Below are positions 9,651 to 19,901 of a stretch of 64,000 nt of DNA, piece by piece. Source of the DNA: Patescibacteria group bacterium UBA3466 (GTDB taxonomy: Bacteria > Patescibacteriota > Minisyncoccia > Phycocordibacterales > UBA918); assembly GCA_002378195.1 (NCBI GenBank), contig DFRJ01000004.1, forward strand, positions 25,073-89,072, written 5' to 3'. The translations under genes were made by a program, and so were the position numbers. Under the pieces are notes generated by a model. The model ran no database searches. It was not told where the DNA came from and saw only the letters and a program-made list of their open reading frames with translations. Positions within the stretch are counted from its first letter, which is position 1. Each line of letters opens with the position of its first letter.

Positions 9651-10493
9651 TTGCTAATTATGTCAAAACAAGGTCTACGCTACTGGTTAATCACAAATAT
9701 ACCGTCACCGATATTAAAAATCATAGTAAAAATTAAAGGCGGAGGTTCTTTGCGTAAACCCAGACATAGCTCGTCAAAAAACAAAAATGTCGTCCCGTGT
9801 ACTATTGCCTGTAACAGCAACGGAGCTTTTTGCACACCAGATTCTTGCCGCGAAGACACCCCCGTACAGGCCATTTACAGAGGAGAACAATATGAAAATT
9901 TAACTCTAGACTTTATTAAAAGTTTAAAACTAACAGGAGACATCATTCATGCTGGAGCATACTTTGGTGACTCTCTTCCATGTCTAGGTGACAGCATTCT
10001 GCCCAAAAATAAAATTTGGGCATTTGAACCTAATCCGGAAAGCTTCCGGTGCGCACAGATCACAATTCTATTAAACCGTTTAGATGAAAAGATTGAACTA
10101 TTTAATCACGGCCTAGGAGATACAGATGAAGTGGTAAACCTGCAAATAAACTCTTCTGACAATCAGAAAAAACTTGGGGGCACGACAAGGATTGTCAGCA
10201 ATCAAAATATTGGCACCACTGAAATCTCAATAAAAAAACTCGATGACGTAATTCCCCACAATAGACAGGTATCACTAATACACTTAGATGTTGAGGGTTA
10301 CGAAGAAAAAGTACTCAAGGGGGCAAGTGACTTAATTGAAAAATACAAACCATTGGTTATTCTTGAGGTAAGTAAAAATATCGAGGATACTCTTGCCATG
10401 ATGAATAAACTAGGCTATGAAATGATCCAGAGCCTGGAAATGAGAGATTGGGGTCAGGGCATAAGAAATGCAGTATTTAAAGCGATTGGATAA
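9651..10493 (+). CDS. FkbM-family methyltransferase
   Basis: DIIHAGAYFGDSL and AFEPNPESF motifs typical of the FkbM domain. Confidence 0.55.
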   Translation: MLIMSKQGLRYWLITNIPSPILKIIVKIKGGGSLRKPRHSSSKNKNVVPCTIACNSNGAFCTPDSCREDTPVQAIYRGEQYENLTLDFIKSLKLTGDIIHAGAYFGDSLPCLGDSILPKNKIWAFEPNPESFRCAQITILLNRLDEKIELFNHGLGDTDEVVNLQINSSDNQKKLGGTTRIVSNQNIGTTEISIKKLDDVIPHNRQVSLIHLDVEGYEEKVLKGASDLIEKYKPLVILEVSKNIEDTLAMMNKLGYEMIQSLEMRDWGQGIRNAVFKAIG

Positions 10494-11616
10494 TTTTAAT
10501 AAGCTTTTTACTACGCCTGTTCCAGGTATAATCTCTTACATCAACCCTGGCTTGGTCCGCACACTTTTTCGCGCACTCAACATGAGAGAGCACATAATCG
10601 ATTGATCTACCCAAAGCCTTCTGACTATCTGGCTCAAAAAAGAAAGCGTTGTTTTCATTTAGAATTTCCCTAATAGATGGAATATCGCTAGCTATAATCG
10701 GTGTACCACTGGCCATATATTCAAAAACCTTCATTGGAGAAGTGTGCAATCTTGAAATTTCCTTTTTGGCTGTATTTGGCAACACCAACACATCAGCAGC
10801 TTTCAAATAAAGTGGCATCTCATCATGAGGTCGATGACCAATAAATTTAACATTGGTAGTCTCGCCATAGACATCATTCATCCTTATCAGGTCGGTATTT
10901 GTACCGCCCACAAATAAAAATTGGATGTTGGGACTTTTCTCTGCAACCTGTGCCAATAAATCAGCTCCCTTCCAATCATATAAATGCCCAGTATACACGA
11001 CCAAAGGTGTAGTTAAATCTAAGTCCAGACTTTTCCTCGCACTTTCTTTAGAATGATCTACTTCAAAATCCTCTAAATTAACCCCATTATGTAATGCGAC
11101 TATCTTATCTCTTGAAATGCCGAAATCATTTTCTAATAATTTTATTTTTTGAAAGTTGTTTGTTTGAATTTTTGCAACTCTTTTAAACATCCTGGCGTAT
11201 AGCCATCGTGACGAGCCAGGATAATCATGTAGCTCATAAATTAATCTTGAATGAAAAAAGCTTAAACCTAAAGCGATAACCATATTGTTGGTAATAACAA
11301 CCGAATCTTTCTTTACTTTAAATAGTAAAAAAATAATGCTTGATAATAGAAAAGAGATTAGTCCAACATAAATAGCCGTTGGACGTAAGATGCTAATCGG
11401 AAAAAGATCTAAGCTAGGTATCATTTTCACTCTAATCTCTCTAGATAAATTGTAATAGTCTTTGTAGGACGCCTTCATATTGTTAAAACGTCTAGGTAAA
11501 ACCAGGTAGATTGAAAATTCTGACAGGTCTGACAATGACTGGCAAACCTTAGCTAAATATAAAGCGTGAGCTTTTTCTGAAGGAAAACGTGTGTAGCTAA
11601 AGAAATATACTTTCAT
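10477..11616 (-). CDS. Glycosyltransferase family 4 (GT-B)
   Basis: C-terminal E-x7-E region SPMKVFEYMASGTPIIASD and an upstream GHLYDWKG nucleotide-sugar binding segment. Confidence 0.75.
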   Translation of the reverse strand: MKVYFFSYTRFPSEKAHALYLAKVCQSLSDLSEFSIYLVLPRRFNNMKASYKDYYNLSREIRVKMIPSLDLFPISILRPTAIYVGLISFLLSSIIFLLFKVKKDSVVITNNMVIALGLSFFHSRLIYELHDYPGSSRWLYARMFKRVAKIQTNNFQKIKLLENDFGISRDKIVALHNGVNLEDFEVDHSKESARKSLDLDLTTPLVVYTGHLYDWKGADLLAQVAEKSPNIQFLFVGGTNTDLIRMNDVYGETTNVKFIGHRPHDEMPLYLKAADVLVLPNTAKKEISRLHTSPMKVFEYMASGTPIIASDIPSIREILNENNAFFFEPDSQKALGRSIDYVLSHVECAKKCADQARVDVRDYTWNRRSKKLIKIIQSL

Positions 11617-11619
11617 ATT

Positions 11620-12972
11620 TTAATATTTAAGTTTCCTGCCTACAGCATGCCAAACCTTATCAATAATCAACCTGTCAGTTTCAGTTACAGTTAGCATGTC
11701 TCTAAAACTAAACTGATAACCTTCTACACTATTCTTTAGGACCCTATATCGTCCGAAAGCATAAATAGTTAGTGTAATGAAAAACTCGACCGCAATACCG
11801 TATAATCCAAATAAACTTATTGTCAGGGGCAACACCACAACGATCATGCCTAAAAAGAAAATTCCTGACGTAAATAAATTCTTTTGTAATCTCAAGGCAT
11901 GAAAAGCAGACACAAAAACCCGACTGAAACTTCCTGGTAAAAGCGCCAACGTCATTAACACAAACAATGGATAGGCACTTTCATAATCTGGGAAAAAGTT
12001 ATTAATTAAAACTGGAATAAATATAAACGCTGCGACTGAGTTAAAGACCAGTATCAAGGCTTGATATTTAATTGTTGAATTAATCAACTTGGCTAATCGC
12101 AAACGGTCATTTGAATAACTAGGTATGATTGGCGTCACTACTTTCCATAACGGAAAAAGTGTTGATACATGCTGAAACATACCGAAAGCCAAACCATAAA
12201 TACCAACTGCAGGCACGCCCAGAAAAAACTGAATAATCCACGGTCTCAAATTCTGACTAAAGGAATGTAAGCTGGCTTGTAAAATACTCCATATTGCATG
12301 TGTCTTTAAGGCAAACAGTGGTTGCGAAGACCATCTATAAAATCCTCGAAATTCTTTTAATAAACCAAGAGCTACCGGCAAAAACAAAATTGTAACAATC
12401 GCTTCACTTAGTACATACGCCACAATGATTCCCACCGGACCAAGATCTACTTTAATTAAGAAAAAAGCAACCAGTGCCAGTTTTAGTGCTTCCTCTAAAA
12501 AACTAAAAAGGCTCAATTGCCAGAACTTATGCAAGACGTTACACGACAAATTAACCAAAGACCTGAAAGGTGACATTAAAAAGGACAGGGATAAAATACT
12601 CACCATATTTCTCACCGGTTCAGAGAAGCTATCCATAAAGTATAAGGACACAATCAGTAATCCTATACTTGCAATAACAGAGAGTACAAATCTAAGCAGT
12701 ATATATGAAGATAATAGCTTGCCCGCACTCTTCTTATCATCGTCACGTTTGTAAGTACCTAAATCAGCAATAATAACTGGATCTAACCCCGCCAAGCTTA
12801 AGAGGCCCATCATTGGTGGTATAGAAATAGCTAGTTCAACTAGGCCATACTCAAATACTGTTAGATAGCTCAAAACCACTATCGCATAGGCAATACTAAT
12901 TACTTTGATCAAGATGGCACTAACCGACATCCAAACCGTACCTTCACCTACTTTCTTAGCTACTGTGACCAT
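11620..12972 (-). CDS. Polysaccharide flippase (Wzx/MOP superfamily-like)
   Basis: 450 aa and about 12 predicted TM helices throughout, a typical Wzx size, located inside the GT cluster. Confidence 0.55.
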   Translation of the reverse strand: MVTVAKKVGEGTVWMSVSAILIKVISIAYAIVVLSYLTVFEYGLVELAISIPPMMGLLSLAGLDPVIIADLGTYKRDDDKKSAGKLLSSYILLRFVLSVIASIGLLIVSLYFMDSFSEPVRNMVSILSLSFLMSPFRSLVNLSCNVLHKFWQLSLFSFLEEALKLALVAFFLIKVDLGPVGIIVAYVLSEAIVTILFLPVALGLLKEFRGFYRWSSQPLFALKTHAIWSILQASLHSFSQNLRPWIIQFFLGVPAVGIYGLAFGMFQHVSTLFPLWKVVTPIIPSYSNDRLRLAKLINSTIKYQALILVFNSVAAFIFIPVLINNFFPDYESAYPLFVLMTLALLPGSFSRVFVSAFHALRLQKNLFTSGIFFLGMIVVVLPLTISLFGLYGIAVEFFITLTIYAFGRYRVLKNSVEGYQFSFRDMLTVTETDRLIIDKVWHAVGRKLKY

Positions 12973-13061
12973 GTGGAATGACTATTCATATAGTTATATA
13001 ACTAAGTAATCATAACAAAGTTGTTAATATACAACCAAATAGATACGATCTTTCTGTAAAA

Positions 13062-13889
13062 TTACTTGGATCTCTCCAGGTACATTTCAGTCAAAATCTG
13101 AAAAGACACCCACTCTGAGTAGAGTTTATTTCGATAATAAAAGATCGGGATAGCAGGTCGATTATTTAGATCAATTCTTGAGGTGACGTAACGAAATACG
13201 ACACCCAGCGATCTTTTTAGTGGTAAGAAAATTCCCTTCTTGAGATACGTTACTAAGTCTTGAGGAGGATTAACTTCAAACATTACACGAAGTCGATACC
13301 TCACCGCTCTACTGTAAGAAACAAAGTCTGGCTTGCTGATCGGTACGCACCACGCGCCCTGCAGCCTTCCCACAGAGTACTGCTCACGGTCAAAGACGTA
13401 TCTTTCGTGCATCTTACGCTCAAACCTCCCTCCTGATTGTAAATTGAAGAAACGAATTTGGTGTACCGGGTGTTTTCTTTTGTAGGTCACACTAGCATCG
13501 GGACTTTGAAGTGCAATCGGGAGCTCATACGCAAAGTGCTCGGGAATTACTTTGGTACATACCTCAATAATTTCTTCACGTAACTCTTCTGTAATATATT
13601 CATCTGAGTCAATCCATAAAAACCAATCTTCATTTGCAGTATCGATTAGGCGGTTTCTCTCACGCGAAAAATCCTCAACCGGATGATACTGATCCGGTCC
13701 TGGATGATACTTCGTGTACTGATCAATAATCTTACAACCGTATGCTTTTGCTATTTCTAAAGTTGCGTCGGTACTACCGCCATCTGAAATAATTATATCT
13801 GAAAAGTCTGAAATGCTATCTAATGCTCTCCGTAGATTTGCTTCGGAATTGTATGTCAAAATGCCAACACTGCACGGTATCTTTTTCAT
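13062..13889 (-). CDS. Glycosyltransferase family 2
   Basis: N-terminal GILTYNSEANLRRALDSI, DGGSTDAT and a DSDE (DxD-like) motif. Confidence 0.75.
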   Translation of the reverse strand: MKKIPCSVGILTYNSEANLRRALDSISDFSDIIISDGGSTDATLEIAKAYGCKIIDQYTKYHPGPDQYHPVEDFSRERNRLIDTANEDWFLWIDSDEYITEELREEIIEVCTKVIPEHFAYELPIALQSPDASVTYKRKHPVHQIRFFNLQSGGRFERKMHERYVFDREQYSVGRLQGAWCVPISKPDFVSYSRAVRYRLRVMFEVNPPQDLVTYLKKGIFLPLKRSLGVVFRYVTSRIDLNNRPAIPIFYYRNKLYSEWVSFQILTEMYLERSK

Positions 13890-13892
13890 AAA

Positions 13893-14600
13893 TTAAGAAA
13901 TCTTAGTCTCAAACTTTACATTTCCTTCTGGCAGTTCACAAATTGTATAATTTTTGGGCTGACCGTCCTTCTCCAGCACATAAATGATCTCGTATGCAAT
14001 TCCCGGGTAATTAACCGGCTGAAAACTCCATCCCAATTTAACAACATGAAACGATACGCCAACCTCGTCGGTCACCTTAAATCCAGCATGGCCAGCAATT
14101 GTCCGCATATTATACCTAGTAAACTCGTAAAAATGCTCTTCAAACTTTACTTTTGCAACCCTGTCCTTGAAAAAATTAAAAAATACATTTAAACATTGCT
14201 CCCAATAATAATTAGGATTTGGCGTTGATAAGACAATAATTCCATCGGGTTTAATAACTCTATGCAATTCTACCAAGAGCCCGAGCGGATTAGAAATATG
14301 AGCTAGTACACACCCCATTGTTACAGCATCAAACTCTCCGTCTTTGTAGGGCAAAGAACATGTATTTAGATCTACACGATCAACCTGAGTATAGTTCTTA
14401 GGCCTATCTGTATCGGCAATATCTACTCCATAGATGATTCCTTCCAAAAAATTATTCGGTTGTTGTGCGTAGCCAATATCTAACACCTTGGAACTCCTTT
14501 TCTTTCTTTTATATAGTGTCTCTGCTATCAATTGAGATTTACTTTTGAGACCTTTTTTTACCAAAAGATCGTTCTTTTTACATACATCGTTATTACACAT
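13893..14600 (-). CDS. Class I SAM-dependent methyltransferase
   Basis: VLDIGYAQQPN motif I and IIVLSTPNPNYYW. Confidence 0.65.
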   Translation of the reverse strand: MCNNDVCKKNDLLVKKGLKSKSQLIAETLYKRKKRSSKVLDIGYAQQPNNFLEGIIYGVDIADTDRPKNYTQVDRVDLNTCSLPYKDGEFDAVTMGCVLAHISNPLGLLVELHRVIKPDGIIVLSTPNPNYYWEQCLNVFFNFFKDRVAKVKFEEHFYEFTRYNMRTIAGHAGFKVTDEVGVSFHVVKLGWSFQPVNYPGIAYEIIYVLEKDGQPKNYTICELPEGNVKFETKIS

Positions 14601-14612
14601 ACCTATATTTAC

Positions 14613-15212
14613 TTATCTTATTACATAAATATTCCACGCAACTCGACGAAGACAGCTCTTTACGATAAAAGACTCTTGAATCCTATATGTTTTACTAATC
14701 CAATTAGCGATCAAAGTTGTACGCCAAGTTTTATACATTGAGACCACAATCACCCCGCGCTTACTCAAACGATTACGATACTTATTTAACCATTCTCTGT
14801 AATCTCCGTAATACAATATCTCAGAGAAGATAATAAAGTCATAATCATCATCCAACTGCGACACATCATCTACCGGAGCATTAATAAATCGACCATCACA
14901 ACCCGTAAGAGCATCAATCGCAACAGAAGAAAAATCGGAACCTGTATAATCGATTTTTGATAAATTTAATTCATGAAACAGAGCTCCGTTACCACAACCA
15001 ACATCTAACACTTTTATACGACTCGAGTGACGGGCGGCTTTGTTTATCATATTTGCCATTATGCTGATATTAGGCTGACCTTCAAGTAAATAGTCCCACT
15101 TACCTGTGCTGTACTGTTTATCCCAATGACTTTTTGACTGTGGGACAGTAAATAGACTCTCTCCTTGCGAAAGCTTACGGTGGGCGCTCTTCAATCTAGT
15201 AAGTAATTTCAT
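14613..15212 (-). CDS. Class I SAM-dependent methyltransferase
   Basis: VLDVGCGNGALFHEL motif I and DFIIFSEILYY. Confidence 0.65.
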   Translation of the reverse strand: MKLLTRLKSAHRKLSQGESLFTVPQSKSHWDKQYSTGKWDYLLEGQPNISIMANMINKAARHSSRIKVLDVGCGNGALFHELNLSKIDYTGSDFSSVAIDALTGCDGRFINAPVDDVSQLDDDYDFIIFSEILYYGDYREWLNKYRNRLSKRGVIVVSMYKTWRTTLIANWISKTYRIQESFIVKSCLRRVAWNIYVIR

Positions 15213-15217
15213 GAATA

Positions 15218-16012
15218 TTATTTAAATACCCTAATCAATTTATTGTATACCGTCAAAGCTGGAGTAAGCCGAAGCTTAAACAATGAAAATGGAATTCTTC
15301 TTCCAACCTCAATTCTATTTAATCGAAACAGGTCATCTCCTACTTCTACAAAACCAGAATGAGTACTACAAGCAGCCAGATACCCTCTTTTCTTTAGCAT
15401 ATCGATGGCGGTCTGATCATACACCCCAGCCGGGTACGCGGCGTACTGTGGCTTATCACCACCAGTAATTGTTTTAATCACTGATTCACATTCTTCGACT
15501 TCTTCTTTGATTAAGTTCTGACTATTAGCTATGACCGGAAACTTTTCGTGAGTGTGACCATGTGTCTGTATAGACACCAAACCGCTTGCGGCCATCTCAG
15601 ACAGTTGTCCAATAGTTGGACGCGCAATATTACCAAAAAAATCACGAGGTCTTAAGTCAGAAGTTAGAAATATAGTAAACGGCACTGAATACTGTTTTGC
15701 CAGAGGAAAGAGAACATGGTACGTGTCTTCGTAACCATCATCTACCGTAATCGCCACACTATTCTCATTGATAGTTTTATTACCTTGTGCGTATTCAACA
15801 ATGTCAGAAAAAGGAACGATAGTTTTTGTTTTCAGTAGGTGTTGTAATTGCTTCTTAAACACCTCGGGATCTTCACCAAACCGCCACCCGGCAGTATCAA
15901 AGGAGTGGTACATCAATACCCCCGGCTTTTCTGACAAAAAAGATACCCGTGCTATGACAGCACTCAAACAAAGAAGCAACCATTTACCGAAATTTCTAAC
16001 TTTCATATTCAT
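15218..16012 (-). CDS. Polysaccharide deacetylase (CE4/NodB homology)
   Basis: AITVDDGYEDTY (TFDDG motif 1), HGHTHE metal-binding histidines, N-terminal signal/TM. Confidence 0.75.
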   Translation of the reverse strand: MNMKVRNFGKWLLLCLSAVIARVSFLSEKPGVLMYHSFDTAGWRFGEDPEVFKKQLQHLLKTKTIVPFSDIVEYAQGNKTINENSVAITVDDGYEDTYHVLFPLAKQYSVPFTIFLTSDLRPRDFFGNIARPTIGQLSEMAASGLVSIQTHGHTHEKFPVIANSQNLIKEEVEECESVIKTITGGDKPQYAAYPAGVYDQTAIDMLKKRGYLAACSTHSGFVEVGDDLFRLNRIEVGRRIPFSLFKLRLTPALTVYNKLIRVFK

Positions 16013-16574
16013 GAAAATACACTTCTGCTTCCTCTACTGACGACACCACTACATAACGTGAGTCGTGTTCGGTCAGTTCTAGAAGTAATTTATGAATCTT
16101 TTGCATACTATCAGTTCTGCCCGGTTTGGCGACATCACTCCGCCATACTCTCTTTTCCAGATTCTTTTGTCGCTCCTCTTCGGTTATATGCAAAATGAGT
16201 ACTTTATCTGGCTTTGGTAACAGATAAAGATATAGCTGCAACAAAGGTTTGAAACGTAATATTCTTGTGTGACTAAGAGTGTTCTGGTGAGACCCCTCTT
16301 CAATCACCTTTGTACCGACACCTTTCTTTGCTTTGTACAGCTTACTGCTTCTAATAAAGAAAGTATTCCAAAATAATGTTGGCTGTGTGAAAGACAAGAG
16401 AGCAATCAACAAATCTACACACTTAAATACAATATGCTGAAAGCTTCGCAGCGTATAATAAAGAATTTCTCTCTTAGCATTAAGGGTAACAATAGAAATA
16501 TCGCCCCGATCCTTAATTCGAGATACTAAAGTAGATTTACCTGAGCCAGGTAGTCCGAAAATCTCTATGATCAT
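15996..16574 (-). CDS. Small P-loop kinase-like protein (APS-kinase/gluconate-kinase-like Walker A)
   Basis: IFGLPGSGKSTLVSRI Walker A closely resembles APS-kinase GLSGSGKST. No other diagnostic motif seen. Confidence 0.35.
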   Translation of the reverse strand: MIIEIFGLPGSGKSTLVSRIKDRGDISIVTLNAKREILYYTLRSFQHIVFKCVDLLIALLSFTQPTLFWNTFFIRSSKLYKAKKGVGTKVIEEGSHQNTLSHTRILRFKPLLQLYLYLLPKPDKVLILHITEEERQKNLEKRVWRSDVAKPGRTDSMQKIHKLLLELTEHDSRYVVVSSVEEAEVYFHEYES

Positions 16575-17296
16575 TTTTTTTCAAATACTACGCCGTACGC
16601 TTCGCTGAAGTACCTGCCAACTGAGAATGGCAACAGGCGGCATACTATTGACGTAACTCGATCAAGAAAACCAGATCGTACTAGCGGAAAGACACAAGTA
16701 ACGTGGAAATATTTTTTGACTTGTAAGCCATTCGCTTCAAGTAATGAGACGAGATCTTTGGTAGCAATTTGACCCTTATGCACCTCTGTATAGTTATGCC
16801 GTTTAAATGGCCGATCGCCTTGCGGAGTTTTAGTTATCAGACACCCTCCTCCGCCGCTTGCTAGACTCTGTGAAATTATTTCAACAACCCGATTTTTATC
16901 AGGCACGTACTCGATCATTCTTGATGAAAAGAATAAGTTATATTTCTGCTCTGCCTTTAAATCTAAAACATCACTACACACGAGTGTAATATTTGATTGC
17001 TCAGGGAGTGCTGCTCGTGCCTGATCAAGCATTGATTGTGAGATATCAACTAAGTCGTAGGTTGCTTCAGGAGCTTTATCTAACATCAACTTAGTCCAAG
17101 TTCCGGGACCCGGACCAAGTTCAAACACCTTTGAGTCATTACCTACAAGTGGTAGTACATACTTTTCAACAGCCTCCTTGGTAGACGCATAGCTTGCGCG
17201 GGCTTGTGCATTTTTAAACCAACGATCATATTCGTATTTATTTACCCGTCCTGAAACAGAGCTGTTGAAAAATTCTTTTACTTCTTTCGTATCCAT
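16571..17296 (-). CDS. Class I SAM-dependent methyltransferase
   Basis: VFELGPGPGTWTKLM motif I and LVDISQSML. Confidence 0.65.
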   Translation of the reverse strand: MDTKEVKEFFNSSVSGRVNKYEYDRWFKNAQARASYASTKEAVEKYVLPLVGNDSKVFELGPGPGTWTKLMLDKAPEATYDLVDISQSMLDQARAALPEQSNITLVCSDVLDLKAEQKYNLFFSSRMIEYVPDKNRVVEIISQSLASGGGGCLITKTPQGDRPFKRHNYTEVHKGQIATKDLVSLLEANGLQVKKYFHVTCVFPLVRSGFLDRVTSIVCRLLPFSVGRYFSEAYGVVFEKK

Positions 17297-17301
17297 AAAA
17301 A

Positions 17302-17931
17302 CTATTTATTCTGCATAATGTAAAACCGATGATATTGGTTTTCATGTGGTATGTATTCATCCAGTATATCAAAGTGTGTGTTAAGAATAGACCTAATCTT
17401 ACTTGCTGAATACCCTTTCTTTCCAATCTCCCAATAATGCTGGCCACAAAACACGTGCGTAATCGGTCGCGGCAGTTTTATTGCGAACTTGAACTCCGCA
17501 AACTTAGGCAACTTAAGTCGAAATTCTAATGACGGTCCATAGTGAGGCAAACTAATAAAAACATAGCGTTTAGAAACTCGCTTCATTTCTTGCAGCGCTA
17601 CCTCAAAGTCGTCGAAAGAAATATGTTCGAGCACCTGAAAGGCTGTCGCTAAATCTACTGCATTATCCTTAAGCGGGATGTCGGTCACACTCCCCTTGAT
17701 ATCTGGATGTAAGTCATCTGCGATGTCGAGTGACTGATAAGAAAGGTTTGGCTTCTGCTCATTAAGAATAGCCTGCAAGACACTAGTTCCAGGACCAACA
17801 TCCAAAACTGAATTAATGTCATCACGAGAAACTATTTCTTTTATCTGATACCAATAGCTCATCCAGCGACCTGGATAAAAGTAGCTTTCAAATGCATAAT
17901 GCCTTTTTTCGACTTGTTTTTCGTATTTCAT
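17302..17931 (-). CDS. Class I SAM-dependent methyltransferase
   Basis: VLDVGPGTSVLQAIL motif I and AFQVLEHISFDDF. Confidence 0.65.
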   Translation of the reverse strand: MKYEKQVEKRHYAFESYFYPGRWMSYWYQIKEIVSRDDINSVLDVGPGTSVLQAILNEQKPNLSYQSLDIADDLHPDIKGSVTDIPLKDNAVDLATAFQVLEHISFDDFEVALQEMKRVSKRYVFISLPHYGPSLEFRLKLPKFAEFKFAIKLPRPITHVFCGQHYWEIGKKGYSASKIRSILNTHFDILDEYIPHENQYHRFYIMQNK

Positions 17932-18938
17932 GAAAGACTTTTTAATATAGATGGTATCAATTGCTTGAGACTGTGCTGGTTCTTAATACAAGAAGTATTG
18001 TTCACGTCTCTGGTATTTTCCATGCTGAGATAACGACTAATTACTTCAGACATTGCAGCAGTATCTGCCACTTGATTGGATCCGAGTGGTAGCGACTTAC
18101 TACCTTCAGCCATTGATACTACCGGAAGACCGCAGGCCATTGCTTCCAATATTGCCTTATCAAGGCTACCATTGTTTGCACTAGTTACAAAAACTTTAGC
18201 TGAATTGAGAGTCTCTGGTAGATCCTGCTGAGTAACTTTCCCAATAAAGTGCACCCGGTCCTGCAGGGAAAGTTCTAAAATCTTATTCTTCAATTCCTCC
18301 TCATACGCTTCATCTTCCGTTGTTACTGGTGTCCCGACGAGTGCAAGACTTGGTGCAGCACTAGAGCTAAGCGAGTGTAAAACATCTATTAATGTATGCA
18401 GATTTTTAGCACGTGATATTCTACCGACAGATATTAAGTCGTATTTTTTATCAGATTGTTGTGGCGCAAAGTGATTAGTATTAATTCCATGTCCTGTCAC
18501 TATTACTTTTGCAGATGACACATTAAAACTATTGTTTGACGCGGTAAATATTTTATCTGCTAAAAGAGTGGCTAACCTCAGTGACAAGGAGACAGTGCCG
18601 TGGGTGTACCAAAGCGATATTCGTTTACGGAGCAAAAACCAAATCGGCCAACCCAAAATTACATATATTTGATTCATGTGCACAAACACTGAATTGTACT
18701 GCGATCGATTGGAAATTATCGCCTGGTAAAAATTCTTGAGTATTGAAAAGCGACCTGCTCCCCGCTCTTTACCAAGTGATACCACAGTTACATTCTCAGG
18801 AAGATCATATTCGCCAGACTGCAAACAGACGACTGTCACTCTCTCGCAGTGGGCCGCAAACTCAGAAATCCACTGATGAAAAAAACCTAAGACAGGATGT
18901 TCACGGTCTACCACTTGAGTAATGATAAGTAATTTCAT
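17928..18938 (-). CDS. Glycosyltransferase family 4
   Basis: KVFVTSANNGSLDKAILEAMACGLPVVS (E-x7-E region). Confidence 0.7.
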   Translation of the reverse strand: MKLLIITQVVDREHPVLGFFHQWISEFAAHCERVTVVCLQSGEYDLPENVTVVSLGKERGAGRFSILKNFYQAIISNRSQYNSVFVHMNQIYVILGWPIWFLLRKRISLWYTHGTVSLSLRLATLLADKIFTASNNSFNVSSAKVIVTGHGINTNHFAPQQSDKKYDLISVGRISRAKNLHTLIDVLHSLSSSAAPSLALVGTPVTTEDEAYEEELKNKILELSLQDRVHFIGKVTQQDLPETLNSAKVFVTSANNGSLDKAILEAMACGLPVVSMAEGSKSLPLGSNQVADTAAMSEVISRYLSMENTRDVNNTSCIKNQHSLKQLIPSILKSLS

Positions 18939-18977
18939 TGTATTTATATAACTTATCGTATGGTTTTAAGTTACACA

Positions 18978-19850
18978 CTATTGTGTAGCCACTATATCGT
19001 AATACATTGCAAAATATGGCTTTAGGACTACCGGGCAAATAAATTCGAACAGGCGGTTAATCGGTACCGCGATTCCTTTTCGCCAAAATCTATCGAGAAA
19101 TTTTGGTAAAAAAATCAGTGACTTCGGCAAAACAGCAAATCCAACTGGACGCAACTCAACTTCTGTAAAGCCATCAAATAGATGTAAGATCTCCTTTCTA
19201 CGGTAATACCTGACTGGACCATTCTTAAACGGCTTGCCCATCAAATTCAAAAGCGCTTGGTAAGCATGCCCTTGCAGACCCATAAGAGTGGCGGATCTAG
19301 GGAAAGATGAGTAAACCAATACTTTTCCACCTGGCTTAACAGTCCTCTTTATTTCATCCATGGCTCGACTCACTACACTCTTGTGATTATGTAGGAATAC
19401 AGCACACACAATCGCCACATCAACACTCGCCTCTTTAATAGGAATAGTATGAATATCAGCATTTAGCAGCAAAAGCGGAGTCTTTTGCTCAGCTTCATGA
19501 GACTGATATCTGTCCTTAAATAAAGACAGCATTTCATAGGCACTATCGACTCCGACATAGCCTCCTATCTGCATGTCAGGCAACAAGTACTTGGCTACCC
19601 GACCATACCCAGTTCCACAGTCTAATAGGACATCAGTGGGCTTAAGCGCATGTTTTATATCAGCTATTTGCTCTTCTGATTTCTTGTAAGCCTCTGATTC
19701 ATCTTTGGCAGATATCACCGCATGAGTAGGGTTTTCAATCGCCAATTTATCCCAAACTGTCTTCTCGGCAATTTCCTTGGCAACAAAAATACCTTCCTTT
19801 TCAATAACACTATCTGTCTTCAAAATATTCTGGAGTCGTTCAATAATCAT
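18978..19850 (-). CDS. Class I SAM-dependent methyltransferase
   Basis: VLLDCGTGYGRVAKYL motif I. Confidence 0.6.
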   Translation of the reverse strand: MIIERLQNILKTDSVIEKEGIFVAKEIAEKTVWDKLAIENPTHAVISAKDESEAYKKSEEQIADIKHALKPTDVLLDCGTGYGRVAKYLLPDMQIGGYVGVDSAYEMLSLFKDRYQSHEAEQKTPLLLLNADIHTIPIKEASVDVAIVCAVFLHNHKSVVSRAMDEIKRTVKPGGKVLVYSSFPRSATLMGLQGHAYQALLNLMGKPFKNGPVRYYRRKEILHLFDGFTEVELRPVGFAVLPKSLIFLPKFLDRFWRKGIAVPINRLFEFICPVVLKPYFAMYYDIVATQ

Positions 19851-19901
19851 ATTGGAGATTATAATAACACTGTCGCTCGGCCGTCACCAGAAAAATAAAT
19901 A